64,000 bases of DNA, from contig JBAZPC010000002.1 in NCBI GenBank assembly GCA_041648395.1, positions 29,181-93,180 on the forward strand, written 5' to 3'. The stretch comes from Minisyncoccota bacterium (GTDB lineage Bacteria; Patescibacteriota; Minisyncoccia; UBA9983). The notes under the pieces were generated by a model, which ran no database searches, was not told the DNA's origin, and saw nothing but the letters and a program-made list of their open reading frames with translations. Numbering within the stretch: position 1 is the first letter of the stretch; each line of letters opens with the position of its first letter. This document shows, piece by piece, positions 54,672-62,933 of the stretch. The position numbers were made by a program, and so were the translations under genes.

Positions 54672-55284
54672 AATGCATAAAGAAATTTTAACAGACGAAC
54701 AGATAAAACTATTGCCGTTGCTGGAAAAATTTTCTAAAAATTTTGGGTTGGTTGGCGGAACCGCAGTCGCGCTTCATATTGGTCACAGGAGATCAATTGA
54801 CTTTGATCTTTTTAGTTTGAAAAAATTTAACAATTTGACGCTTCAAAAAAAAATTTCCAGATATTTCAAAATTGATGAAGTTATAGTGAATAAAGCTGGC
54901 GAATATACAATCTTTATTAAAGGAGTTAAACTTACTTTTTTTCATTATAATTACCCGATTGTTTTTTCAGAACGATTGGATAAAGTTGTTAAATTGCCAA
55001 ATCTTCTGACTTTAGCGGCGATGAAATTATTCGCTATGGGCATGAGGGCAAAGTGGAAAGATTATGTTGATGTCTATTTTATTTTGAAAGAACATTACAC
55101 AATTACTGATATTGTTAAAAAGGGTGAGGAAATTTTTGGCGGAGAATGTAATGAAAAATTATTTCGTTCCCAAATGGCTTATTTTAAAGATGTTAATTAC
55201 TCTGAGTCGGTTGAATATATGAAGGGCTTTGAAGTGAGTGATAAAATTATAAAAAAAGAATTGATAAAATTTAGTTTAAAATAA
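54661..55284 (+). CDS. AbiEii/AbiGii-like (DUF1814) nucleotidyltransferase toxin
   Basis: LVGGTAVALHIGHRRSIDFDLF matches the GG-x-AL...R-S-x-D-[IF]-D core of AbiEii-family NTases. The start is set at MPNRMHKE (ATG 54661). Confidence 0.55.
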   Translation: MPNRMHKEILTDEQIKLLPLLEKFSKNFGLVGGTAVALHIGHRRSIDFDLFSLKKFNNLTLQKKISRYFKIDEVIVNKAGEYTIFIKGVKLTFFHYNYPIVFSERLDKVVKLPNLLTLAAMKLFAMGMRAKWKDYVDVYFILKEHYTITDIVKKGEEIFGGECNEKLFRSQMAYFKDVNYSESVEYMKGFEVSDKIIKKELIKFSLK

Positions 55285-55299
55285 TCAAAACCGAAAGAT

Positions 55300-57495
55300 G
55301 TGAATGCGGAAAGGAAAAATTTGGTTCTCATTGACGCTCACGCGGTTTTGCATCGCGCCTTTCACGCGCTGCCGAATTTCACTTCGTCGTCCGGCGAGCC
55401 GACGGGCGCGCTCTACGGCTTTTCCGCTTTTCTCATAAAAATAATAAAGGAACTAAAACCCGATTACATCGCCGCCTGTTATGATTTGCCTCAGCCGACT
55501 TTTCGTCACGCCGCCTATGAAAATTACAAAGCGCAGAGGCCGAAGATGGATGACATTCTGGCGAAGCAGATAAACCGCTCGCGCGACATTCTCAATGCGT
55601 TTGAAATTCCAATTTACGATTCGCCCGGCTTTGAAGCGGACGATATACTCGGCACTATCAGCCATCAACTATCAGCTTTTAGTCATCAGCTTAAAATTAT
55701 TATCGCTTCCGGTGATTTGGATACATTGCAACTGGTGAGCGATGATGATGTTGTCGTTTATACTTTGAGCAAGGGAATAAAAGAGGCGGTCATATACGAC
55801 GAGAAAGCAGTTAAAGAACGTTATGGCTTCGGTCCGGAGTTAGTGCCAGATTTTAAGGGACTGAAAGGAGACCCGTCTGATAATATTATCGGCGTCAAAG
55901 GAATAGGCGAGAAGACGGCGACAGAACTCATAAAAAAATTCGGCACCATTGAAAATTTATACAAAGAAATTAAAAAGGACTCAGAGATATTAAAAAAAGA
56001 AGGATTCAAACCGAAGGCGATAGAAGTTTTAAAGGAAAACGAGGAGGAGGCGCTTTTCAGCAAGACCTTGGCGGAGATTAGGCGCGACGCGCCGATAAAA
56101 TTTTCTTTGGAAGGCAGCGCGTGGAAAGAATCGTTTGACATTGAAAAAGCAAAATCGCTTTTCGGCGAATTCGGTTTCAGGAGTTTGATTGGCAGAATTG
56201 GCGAGCAAAATTTCCCAAAAGAAAAAGAGGCGCCCAAACCAGAAAATTCGCTTTTTGAAAGATTCAAGGGCCAAGTGCCGGAAAAATTGTTCAACGAGAT
56301 AGAACAACCTCTTGCGGGAATTATTTCCGAGATGGAAAAAACAGGCATTCTTCTTGATATCGCTTATTTGAAAAAATTATCAAAAGATTACCACGGCGAA
56401 CTGGAAAAACTTGAGAAAAAAATATGGAAATTGGCTGGACGGGAATTCAACATTAATTCGCCGAAGCAACTGGGAGAAATCATTTTTGATAAACTGGGAT
56501 TGAAAACAAAAAATCGTTCCACGGACGCCGGAGAATTGGCAAAACTGAAGGGCGCGCACCCTATCATAGAAGAAATCGTTTCTTATCGCGAGCTGGCTAA
56601 ACTTCTTTCAACTTATGTTGACACCTTGCCGAAGTTGGCGGACAAAAACGGCCGGCTGCACACGACCTTTGACCAGGCAGGCACGACCACGGGCAGAATT
56701 TCTTCAAAAAATCCCAATCTCCAAAACATTCCCAAGCGCACGGAGTTGGGAAGAAACGTGCGAAGGGCGTTCATCGTGGACAAAGGGTTCAAGTTAGTGA
56801 GTTTTGATTATTCGCAGATTGAATTGAGAGTGCTGGCGATTTTAAGCGAAGACAAAAAGCTTTTGGAAGTTTTCAAGAAAAATGAGGATGTGCATGATAC
56901 TGTCGCCTCTGAAGTTTTCGGAGTTCCCAAAAACAAAGTTACAGCAGAAATGAGAAGGCGAGCCAAAGTAATAAACTTCGGAATCATTTATGGCATGGGC
57001 ATTAACGCGCTAAAAATGAATCTTGAAACGACAAAAGAGGAAGCGCAGAAATTTTACGACGAATACTTTGCGCACTTCAAAGGCGTGGCGGATTACATTA
57101 AAAGGGTGAAAGAGGACGCCCGCAGAAAGGGCTTCACTGAAACTTTGTTCGGGAGAAAAAGATATTTTCCGGAAATAAAATCTTCTCTTGAATACGTGAG
57201 AAAAGAAGCGGAGCGCATGGCAGTGAACGCGCCGCTGCAAGGCACGGCGGCGGATTTTATTAAATTAGCCATGGTAAGAATAAACGAGGCGCTGGAAAAG
57301 AAGTCGTTAAAATCAAAAGCGCGCCTGCTCTTGCAAATCCATGACGAACTTGTTTTTGAAATAGAAGAGAAAAGTATTTCTGAAATAGCGCCGGAAATAA
57401 AGAAAATTATGGAAAGCGTCTATGAAGGCGATATACCCATGGAGACCCGCGTTGTTGCGGGAAAAAATTGGGAGGATATGGTAGAATGCAAATAA
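55300..57495 (+). CDS. polA: DNA polymerase I (5'-3' exonuclease + polymerase; no obvious 3'-5' exonuclease)
   Basis: FEN-like N-terminus (LIDAHAVLHRAF, GVKGIGEKTA) and Pol A motifs (DYSQIELR, KVINFGIIYG, HDELVFE). Confidence 0.95.
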   Translation: MNAERKNLVLIDAHAVLHRAFHALPNFTSSSGEPTGALYGFSAFLIKIIKELKPDYIAACYDLPQPTFRHAAYENYKAQRPKMDDILAKQINRSRDILNAFEIPIYDSPGFEADDILGTISHQLSAFSHQLKIIIASGDLDTLQLVSDDDVVVYTLSKGIKEAVIYDEKAVKERYGFGPELVPDFKGLKGDPSDNIIGVKGIGEKTATELIKKFGTIENLYKEIKKDSEILKKEGFKPKAIEVLKENEEEALFSKTLAEIRRDAPIKFSLEGSAWKESFDIEKAKSLFGEFGFRSLIGRIGEQNFPKEKEAPKPENSLFERFKGQVPEKLFNEIEQPLAGIISEMEKTGILLDIAYLKKLSKDYHGELEKLEKKIWKLAGREFNINSPKQLGEIIFDKLGLKTKNRSTDAGELAKLKGAHPIIEEIVSYRELAKLLSTYVDTLPKLADKNGRLHTTFDQAGTTTGRISSKNPNLQNIPKRTELGRNVRRAFIVDKGFKLVSFDYSQIELRVLAILSEDKKLLEVFKKNEDVHDTVASEVFGVPKNKVTAEMRRRAKVINFGIIYGMGINALKMNLETTKEEAQKFYDEYFAHFKGVADYIKRVKEDARRKGFTETLFGRKRYFPEIKSSLEYVRKEAERMAVNAPLQGTAADFIKLAMVRINEALEKKSLKSKARLLLQIHDELVFEIEEKSISEIAPEIKKIMESVYEGDIPMETRVVAGKNWEDMVECK

Positions 57496-57496
57496 T

Positions 57497-57877
57497 ATGG
57501 CGAAAGAATCAATTTTAATAGTAGAAGACGACAAGTTTTTCAGGGACTTGGTCTCAAAAAAGCTTGAAAAGAACGGCTTTGAAATGCTTTTGGCCGCCGA
57601 CAGCAAGGAGACGCTTACCCTTTTGGAAGAAAAAAAGCCGTCTCTCATAATTTCAGACCTGATTCTCCCTGGGCTGGACGGCTTTGAACTTATTTCTATT
57701 ATAAAAAAAGACGAAAAGACCAAAGACATACCCGTGATAGTTTTAAGCAACCTTGGGCAAAAAGAAGAAATAGAGAGGGCAATGTCGTTGGGCGCGATTG
57801 ATTTTATGGTCAAAGTGAATTTTACACCAGATGAGATTGTGGAAAAAATCAAAAGGGTCTTAAGCGGAAGGATTTAG
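57497..57877 (+). CDS. Stand-alone response-regulator receiver (REC) domain protein
   Basis: ILIVEDD...D (phospho-acceptor ISDLILPGLDG)...K pattern. 126 aa. Confidence 0.8.
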   Translation: MAKESILIVEDDKFFRDLVSKKLEKNGFEMLLAADSKETLTLLEEKKPSLIISDLILPGLDGFELISIIKKDEKTKDIPVIVLSNLGQKEEIERAMSLGAIDFMVKVNFTPDEIVEKIKRVLSGRI

Positions 57878-57882
57878 GAGCC

Positions 57883-58647
57883 ATGATATATCTTCTTTAT
57901 GGAAAAGATGCAGTGAAGAGCAGACAGAAGTTAAATGAGCTTCTGTATTTTTTTCGTTCCAAAGACAGCAATGTTTCTATTTTTAAAATTGACGAATACG
58001 ATTTTGAAAAAGAAAAACTAGAAGAGCTGTCCCGTTCCAGCACGCTTTTCGGTGGAAAGGTGGTTGTGGTATTCAATAGGATATTTGACGACAAAAATAT
58101 TTCAAAAATTATTCTGGAAAATTTGGACGTGTACGCCGCTTCCAAAAATATTTTTATTTTTTATGAGGAAGAAGTGGACGACAAAAATTTTGATTTAATC
58201 AAAGAAAAAGCGAAGAAAGTTCAGAAATTTAATCTGCCTGCAGGTAGGGAACTAAAAACAAGTAAATTTGGCGGAAAGGACTACGGCGACTATAATCCCT
58301 TTCTTATCTGCGACGCCGTCGGCGAGAAAAATAAAAAAAAGGCGTGGCTTTTATTCCAAGATGCGCTTTTTAAAGGCGTGCCGGCGGAGGAAGTTTTTTG
58401 GAAAATTTGGTGGCAGGCAAAGACAATGCTTTCCGTTAAAATCGCGTCCGATGCGGGAGTAAAAAATCTTGAAAAGGAAACTGGCTTTCATCCGTATGTG
58501 GTAAAGAAAAATCTCGGCTTCTTGAGAAATTTCAGCTTCAAAGAACTTGATATTTTTTCCTGGAAACTCGTGGAGCTTTATCACAACGCCCGCCGTGGCC
58601 TGGCCGATTTCGAAATCGGCTTGGAGAAAATTTTAGTTAACTTTTAA
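57883..58647 (+). CDS. holA: DNA polymerase III delta-subunit-like protein (HolA-like, short)
   Basis: N-terminal MIYLLYGKDAVKSRQKLNEL pattern of delta subunits. 254 aa. Confidence 0.5.
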   Translation: MIYLLYGKDAVKSRQKLNELLYFFRSKDSNVSIFKIDEYDFEKEKLEELSRSSTLFGGKVVVVFNRIFDDKNISKIILENLDVYAASKNIFIFYEEEVDDKNFDLIKEKAKKVQKFNLPAGRELKTSKFGGKDYGDYNPFLICDAVGEKNKKKAWLLFQDALFKGVPAEEVFWKIWWQAKTMLSVKIASDAGVKNLEKETGFHPYVVKKNLGFLRNFSFKELDIFSWKLVELYHNARRGLADFEIGLEKILVNF

Positions 58648-58675
58648 CTTTTATTATGTTAATATCATAAACAGC

Positions 58676-59047
58676 ATGGAAAAAATTAAAATTCTTGTCG
58701 TAGAAGACGACGACTTTTTTAGAGATACTGTTGCTAAAAGATTAGAACGGGAGGGGTTTGATGTGTCTTCTGCTGGGAACAGCAAAGAGGCGTTGGAAAT
58801 TTTAGAGACAAAAAAGCCAAACATTGTCTTACTAGACATAATTCTTCCCGGAATGGACGGCTTTGAACTTCTTTCTCTAATTAAGAAAACAGAGAGTATA
58901 AAGGACATTTCCGTAATGATTTTAAGTAATCTGGGTCAAAAACAGGACATTGAAAAAGCGCTTTCCTTGGGCGCGAAGGACTTTATGATTAAAGTGAATG
59001 TCAACTTGGATCAAATCGTAGAGAGAATTAAAAAAGAAATTTCTTAA
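58676..59047 (+). CDS. Second stand-alone REC-domain protein (paralog of 57497-57877, about 55% identical)
   Basis: ILVVEDDDFFRD...LLDIILPGMDGFELLSLIKK...LSNLGQKQDIEKALSLGAKDFMIKV. Confidence 0.8.
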   Translation: MEKIKILVVEDDDFFRDTVAKRLEREGFDVSSAGNSKEALEILETKKPNIVLLDIILPGMDGFELLSLIKKTESIKDISVMILSNLGQKQDIEKALSLGAKDFMIKVNVNLDQIVERIKKEIS

Positions 59048-59054
59048 TTTTTAA

Positions 59055-59075
59055 ATTGTCCGCCCGGCAGGATTC
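59055..59075. repeat. 21-bp direct duplicate of the tRNA-Lys 3' end (attgtccgcccggcaggattc), an att-like site
   Basis: Identical to 60787-60807, which comprises the 3' 17 nt of tRNA-Lys plus 4 nt downstream. Confidence 0.75.
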
Positions 59076-59128
59076 CCCGCCCGCCACGCAAGCCAAGCAA
59101 GCTTGTCTTGCTGGCGTTGCGGGCAGGG
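59076..59128. repeat. GC-rich palindromic element, copy A (cccgcccgccacgcaagccaagcaagcttgtcttgctggcgttgcgggcaggg)
   Basis: Its reverse complement matches 61163-61212 over about 49 nt. It is an internally imperfect palindrome. Confidence 0.75.
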
Positions 59129-59185
59129 AACCTCAAACAAATTACGCCCTCGCTTGGGTTAGCGGATTTTTTACTAATATTTATA

Positions 59186-59404
59186 TTATCTTTCTAGTTT
59201 GTTTATTTCTGCTGGCGATAAAAAATCTTCACACTCCTTTTTTAATTTTTCCTTTATTACATCTAACCCCTTCCATTCCTCGCGAGAAAGAGACAATTGT
59301 TCTTTGTCTTCAGTTTTAGTGGTTATTCTATATGCCCGAGTCCTTTTCTTAATATTTTCCCATTCTTTAAATAATCTTTCGCAATATTCTTGTTTATCTT
59401 CCAT
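59186..59404 (-). CDS. Hypothetical small protein
   Basis: 72-aa charged ORF inside the tRNA-Lys-associated module. Confidence 0.25.
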   Translation of the reverse strand: MEDKQEYCERLFKEWENIKKRTRAYRITTKTEDKEQLSLSREEWKGLDVIKEKLKKECEDFLSPAEINKLER

Positions 59405-59437
59405 AAATTTATTTTACCCTAATAGTAATAAAAAAAA

Positions 59438-59881
59438 TCAGACCATTTCTTTTTTTAGTTTATTGAAACAAATTTTTAGCTTTTCTAAAATAAAATTACT
59501 GCTAATTTGAGGGGGGTTTAATTTAAAATCTAATTTTCCGATTTTGCTAATTCCTAGAATCTTTCCGTGATGGACGCCGAAACACCTATGCCATTGGTAT
59601 ATTTTATTGGCTAAATCTATGTTTATACTAGAATAAGAACTAAGAAAATTTATAAACAATCTTTTTGAAGTTAAGCCGTTTTTAAATCTTGACAAGCCAT
59701 CGATATAACAAAGTGCTAAAATAATCTTTTCTTCTTCGTATTCTCCGCCTATTTTTTCAAGCTGTTTAATTTTAGTTTCATAATTATTAAACCATTTCTT
59801 AATTATTTCTTTGTCTGTCCCGGTCAAAAAACTTTTACGCCACATTCGGAACTCCTCTATATCCTTTTTATTTACTCTCAT
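59438..59881 (-). CDS. Hypothetical protein
   Basis: 147-aa ORF with no recognised motif. Confidence 0.3.
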   Translation of the reverse strand: MRVNKKDIEEFRMWRKSFLTGTDKEIIKKWFNNYETKIKQLEKIGGEYEEEKIILALCYIDGLSRFKNGLTSKRLFINFLSSYSSINIDLANKIYQWHRCFGVHHGKILGISKIGKLDFKLNPPQISSNFILEKLKICFNKLKKEMV

Positions 59882-59898
59882 TGTATTTTACCATTAAC

Positions 59899-60786
59899 TT
59901 AATTTGAAAGTCCGGGAAAAATTATTTGTGCCCTCAAAATTCTCGCCAAAGATTCTACTTTTCCTATTTTTGCAAATGTAGGTATTCCAACATAACAATT
60001 GCCCTTCGGGAAAATAGCTGCACCCCCAGAATTTCCATATTCAATCTTCGCAGAAGTAACATAATAATCTCCTTCGTAACCAGAAATAATACCTTCAGTG
60101 GCAGTAATACCCGTTTCTGTACCTATTCCTGGGTATCCCAATATAACAACACTCTCACCTAAAGAAAGCTGAGTATTACAAACCTGATAGTCGCCTCCTA
60201 TGTTATCAAGATATTTGTCGGGGCTGTTAATTTTGAGAGTTGCCCAGTCATATCCCTGAGACGAAAAAGCAATATTTTCAATAGCTACACTAATAATTTT
60301 GTTATAATTTGGAATTACAATCCTACAAAAATCCGGCCTATAAATAAAATCTTCAAAAACAACATGTCTGTTCGTAATAATACTAACTATAGCATTGTCG
60401 CCATAACCAAAAGTTGATAATATTCCTGAACCACTTTGTATATTGCTACCAAAATTACATTCAACATAAGCTATTTTATTTTTCCACTGTCGGATTATGT
60501 CCGGCAAATCATTTTTTGGTGTCTGCGCTTCTTTAATTATCGTTTTTTGAATAATTTGTGGTTTCTGATTTTTTAGCACCTCTACTTCTTGCCTTAACTT
60601 TTCAACTTCTAAGTCTTTCAGTCGTTGTGTTTCTTGTGCTATTTTTTCTTTCTCAATTTTTTCTGCTTGATATTTTTGGTATTGTTTAATACTAAAATAT
60701 CCTCCACCGCCCAAAACTAAAACGCCCGCAATGATTGCGATTAATATTGGTATTTGAATAAAACCTTTTTGATTTTTAATTCTCAT
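59899..60786 (-). CDS. Membrane-anchored trypsin-like (S1/S1-like) serine protease
   Basis: N-terminal TM plus coiled coil, with a C-terminal ...GYPGIGTETG...GNSGGA motif (the catalytic Ser context). Confidence 0.6.
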   Translation of the reverse strand: MRIKNQKGFIQIPILIAIIAGVLVLGGGGYFSIKQYQKYQAEKIEKEKIAQETQRLKDLEVEKLRQEVEVLKNQKPQIIQKTIIKEAQTPKNDLPDIIRQWKNKIAYVECNFGSNIQSGSGILSTFGYGDNAIVSIITNRHVVFEDFIYRPDFCRIVIPNYNKIISVAIENIAFSSQGYDWATLKINSPDKYLDNIGGDYQVCNTQLSLGESVVILGYPGIGTETGITATEGIISGYEGDYYVTSAKIEYGNSGGAAIFPKGNCYVGIPTFAKIGKVESLARILRAQIIFPGLSN

Positions 60787-60790
60787 ATTG

Positions 60791-60863
60791 TCCGCCCGGC
60801 AGGATTCGAACCTGCGACCCTCTCCTTAAAAGGGAGCTGCTCTACCAACTGAGCTACGGGCGG
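60791..60863 (-). tRNA. tRNA-Lys (anticodon TTT)
   Basis: Manual fold: acceptor CCGCCCG/CGGGCGG, D stem GCUC/GAGC, anticodon loop CUUUUAA, T stem GCAGG/CCUGC with loop UUCGAAU. Confidence 0.75.
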
Positions 60864-60868
60864 ATAAG

Positions 60869-61129
60869 TTACACTTCTGGAAGTATTTTTAATTTTAATC
60901 TATTTTTTAAAAATCTTCTACCAAATCCTGTCTTGAAATATTTCTCTCTTTTTAATGCTGATTGTTTATCTAAACACGCTTCATAATAAACTAATTCTAA
61001 TGGCCATCTATTTTTTGTGGCATCAACTAATCCATTACTATGTTCAATAAATCTTTGTTTCAGGTTTTCACTAAAACCAATGTAAAATTTTTTATCTTTT
61101 TGACTTTGAAGAATATACGTGTAAAACAT
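60869..61129 (-). CDS. Stand-alone GIY-YIG nuclease-domain protein
   Basis: FYTYILQSQKDKKFYIGFSENLKQRFIEHSNG...ELVYYE. The start is trimmed to MFYTY (61129) because the upstream in-frame extension is the GC palindromic element. Confidence 0.75.
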   Translation of the reverse strand: MFYTYILQSQKDKKFYIGFSENLKQRFIEHSNGLVDATKNRWPLELVYYEACLDKQSALKREKYFKTGFGRRFLKNRLKLKILPEV

Positions 61130-61162
61130 TAATTTTTTAAAAATAAATGACCAACTGACCGC

Positions 61163-61212
61163 GCCCGCAACGCCAGCAAGACAAGCTTGCTTGGCTTGCG
61201 TGGCGGGCGGGG
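61163..61212. repeat. GC-rich palindromic element, copy B (inverted relative to copy A)
   Basis: cccgcaacgccagcaagacaagcttgcttggcttgcgtggcgggcgggg is the reverse complement of 59079-59127. Confidence 0.75.
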
Positions 61213-61229
61213 CTACGGGCGGAATTTTT

Positions 61230-61724
61230 TTAAGTGTGCCGATCCGCCAAAACAAACGCGCTGTATGAGTCCGGTTTTATGATTGCCTCAAAGCCGAACC
61301 CTTTCACCATTCCCACCATGCCGTCAATGAAATCCTTGGTCGGGCCGTTTTTTCCCACATCAAGATGAACTTTTATTTTATTATTCCAAAAGAACTCCTC
61401 TCCTAATTTATCTTTTAATCTGCTTTTCAATTCCTGTACAAAAGTGATGGAATGCATTGTCTCTTTGTAAATCCTGTCGCGCAGGGTGGGGCAAAAAACT
61501 TTTTCCGTTTTTGACCAGAAATATCTTCCGCCGTTGCCGACTCTCAAAATGGCGATAGCTGTGACAAATTGAGTTTCGTTGGAACCTTGGGAATCGGAGC
61601 CGACGGTGATTTTGTATTTTGCCTCCGGCTTTTGATTGATATAATTTGCGATTTCCTCAATCAGTTCATCGAATTTGATGTGGCGTTTTAATGTTTCGTT
61701 GTAAAACTTTATATTATCAGACAT
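61230..61724 (-). CDS. DUF458/YkuK-like RNase H-fold protein (tentative)
   Basis: ...KITVGSDSQGSNETQFVTAIAILRVGNGGRYF... resembles the YkuK family. Confidence 0.4.
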   Translation of the reverse strand: MSDNIKFYNETLKRHIKFDELIEEIANYINQKPEAKYKITVGSDSQGSNETQFVTAIAILRVGNGGRYFWSKTEKVFCPTLRDRIYKETMHSITFVQELKSRLKDKLGEEFFWNNKIKVHLDVGKNGPTKDFIDGMVGMVKGFGFEAIIKPDSYSAFVLADRHT

Positions 61725-61729
61725 AAGAT

Positions 61730-62089
61730 TTATAGCGGCAGGTCAAAAGAATATATGCCGGGACCAAGCAATGCCAAACTGATACTTACGGCAACCATCA
61801 ATAACCTCAATATTTTTTCTTCCGTTTTGTTTGAAATAGTTATCAGAGAAACAATGGCGGCTACCTGCGTAAACATTCCGATTGCCAAAAAAATAGCCGA
61901 TAGAATTTCAATAACCCCGATAATTTTTTCTCTCTTTTCCGCTGATTTGAATAATTTATATCCAACTTGCAAAAGAATAACAGCTAAAATCACCCTCAAT
62001 ATCAAAGGAGCCACTTGGGAAAAATTTAAAAGTTCTGGAAATACGCTAAGCATATTCCCATTATAGGCATTAATACGACCGGGAGTCAA
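61730..62089 (-). CDS. DoxX-family membrane protein
   Basis: 119 aa with 3-4 TM helices and LRVILAVILLQVGYKLF. Confidence 0.5.
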   Translation of the reverse strand: MTPGRINAYNGNMLSVFPELLNFSQVAPLILRVILAVILLQVGYKLFKSAEKREKIIGVIEILSAIFLAIGMFTQVAAIVSLITISNKTEEKILRLLMVAVSISLALLGPGIYSFDLPL

Positions 62090-62921
62090 TAATGTTGTTG
62101 TTTTGGTCGTAGAGGATTATTTTGTCATGCTCGTTGTTCCAAAGATTGTATTTTTTATTGAGATAAATTCTCCATTCTGGCTTAAAAAAATCAGAATCAC
62201 GTTTGTGCCGGTTGGCGCAATTATTGTAATTCAATCTATCATTAACATATTGTCTGCAGGCGTCGGTAAAAGAAGATGGTAAGGTGATATATTCCGTGCA
62301 GTTTTTAAAATTATTATTTATGTAATCAATGCAGGCGTTGTCCAGCGTTGCCGGCAGAACCTCGTCTTTTATTGGGTCGGGACAGCTGCCGTAAATCGGC
62401 GGAATAAATGTTTGTAGCTGGTTGAAATATCCGGCGCATTTGTTTAGTTTAAAACTTATTCCTATAGGGCTTTCTCCGCTTGATATTATCGCTTTTTCTC
62501 CGGGAGCGAGAAGAATGTCGTCCAACGTGTTGTCTTGTCCGAGAAAGGGAACGAGGGCGCCTTTCCCTATTTTTATTCTTTCTCCGCCTTTTCCTTCAAG
62601 AGACCAACCGCTTATGTCCACCGAGTTTTTATTGGAAAAAGATGTTTGGATTGATATGAATTCTTTTTTTGGGTCATTTTCTTTTGTTTCAATGCCGGCT
62701 GACAAGTACACGGAGTCCTTTCCTGCGTATCCGCTGGAAGACCCGCCGCTTTGGTTTATCGGCGCTTTGATTTCCTCGGATATTTTATCCACCGGCGATC
62801 CAAAAAACAGTCCTTTTTCTCTCGGTTCTCTTGACGGGCCGCCGAAGGTTAGCCAAATAATAAAAACCGCCACAAAAAACAGAACAGCCCACATCAAGTC
62901 CTTTTTTACATGGTCTTCCAT
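62070..62921 (-). CDS. Secreted/membrane-anchored hypothetical protein with Cys-rich C-terminus
   Basis: N-terminal TM and several Cys in the C-terminal half. Confidence 0.35.
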   Translation of the reverse strand: MEDHVKKDLMWAVLFFVAVFIIWLTFGGPSREPREKGLFFGSPVDKISEEIKAPINQSGGSSSGYAGKDSVYLSAGIETKENDPKKEFISIQTSFSNKNSVDISGWSLEGKGGERIKIGKGALVPFLGQDNTLDDILLAPGEKAIISSGESPIGISFKLNKCAGYFNQLQTFIPPIYGSCPDPIKDEVLPATLDNACIDYINNNFKNCTEYITLPSSFTDACRQYVNDRLNYNNCANRHKRDSDFFKPEWRIYLNKKYNLWNNEHDKIILYDQNNNIIDSRSY

Positions 62922-62933
62922 AAAAAGATTATA

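Noticed and set aside
59905-59925. gaaagtccggg resembling the RNase P RNA P4 motif.
   Set aside because: It is inside the 3' end of the serine-protease ORF (encodes FPGLSN*) with no surrounding RNase P structure.
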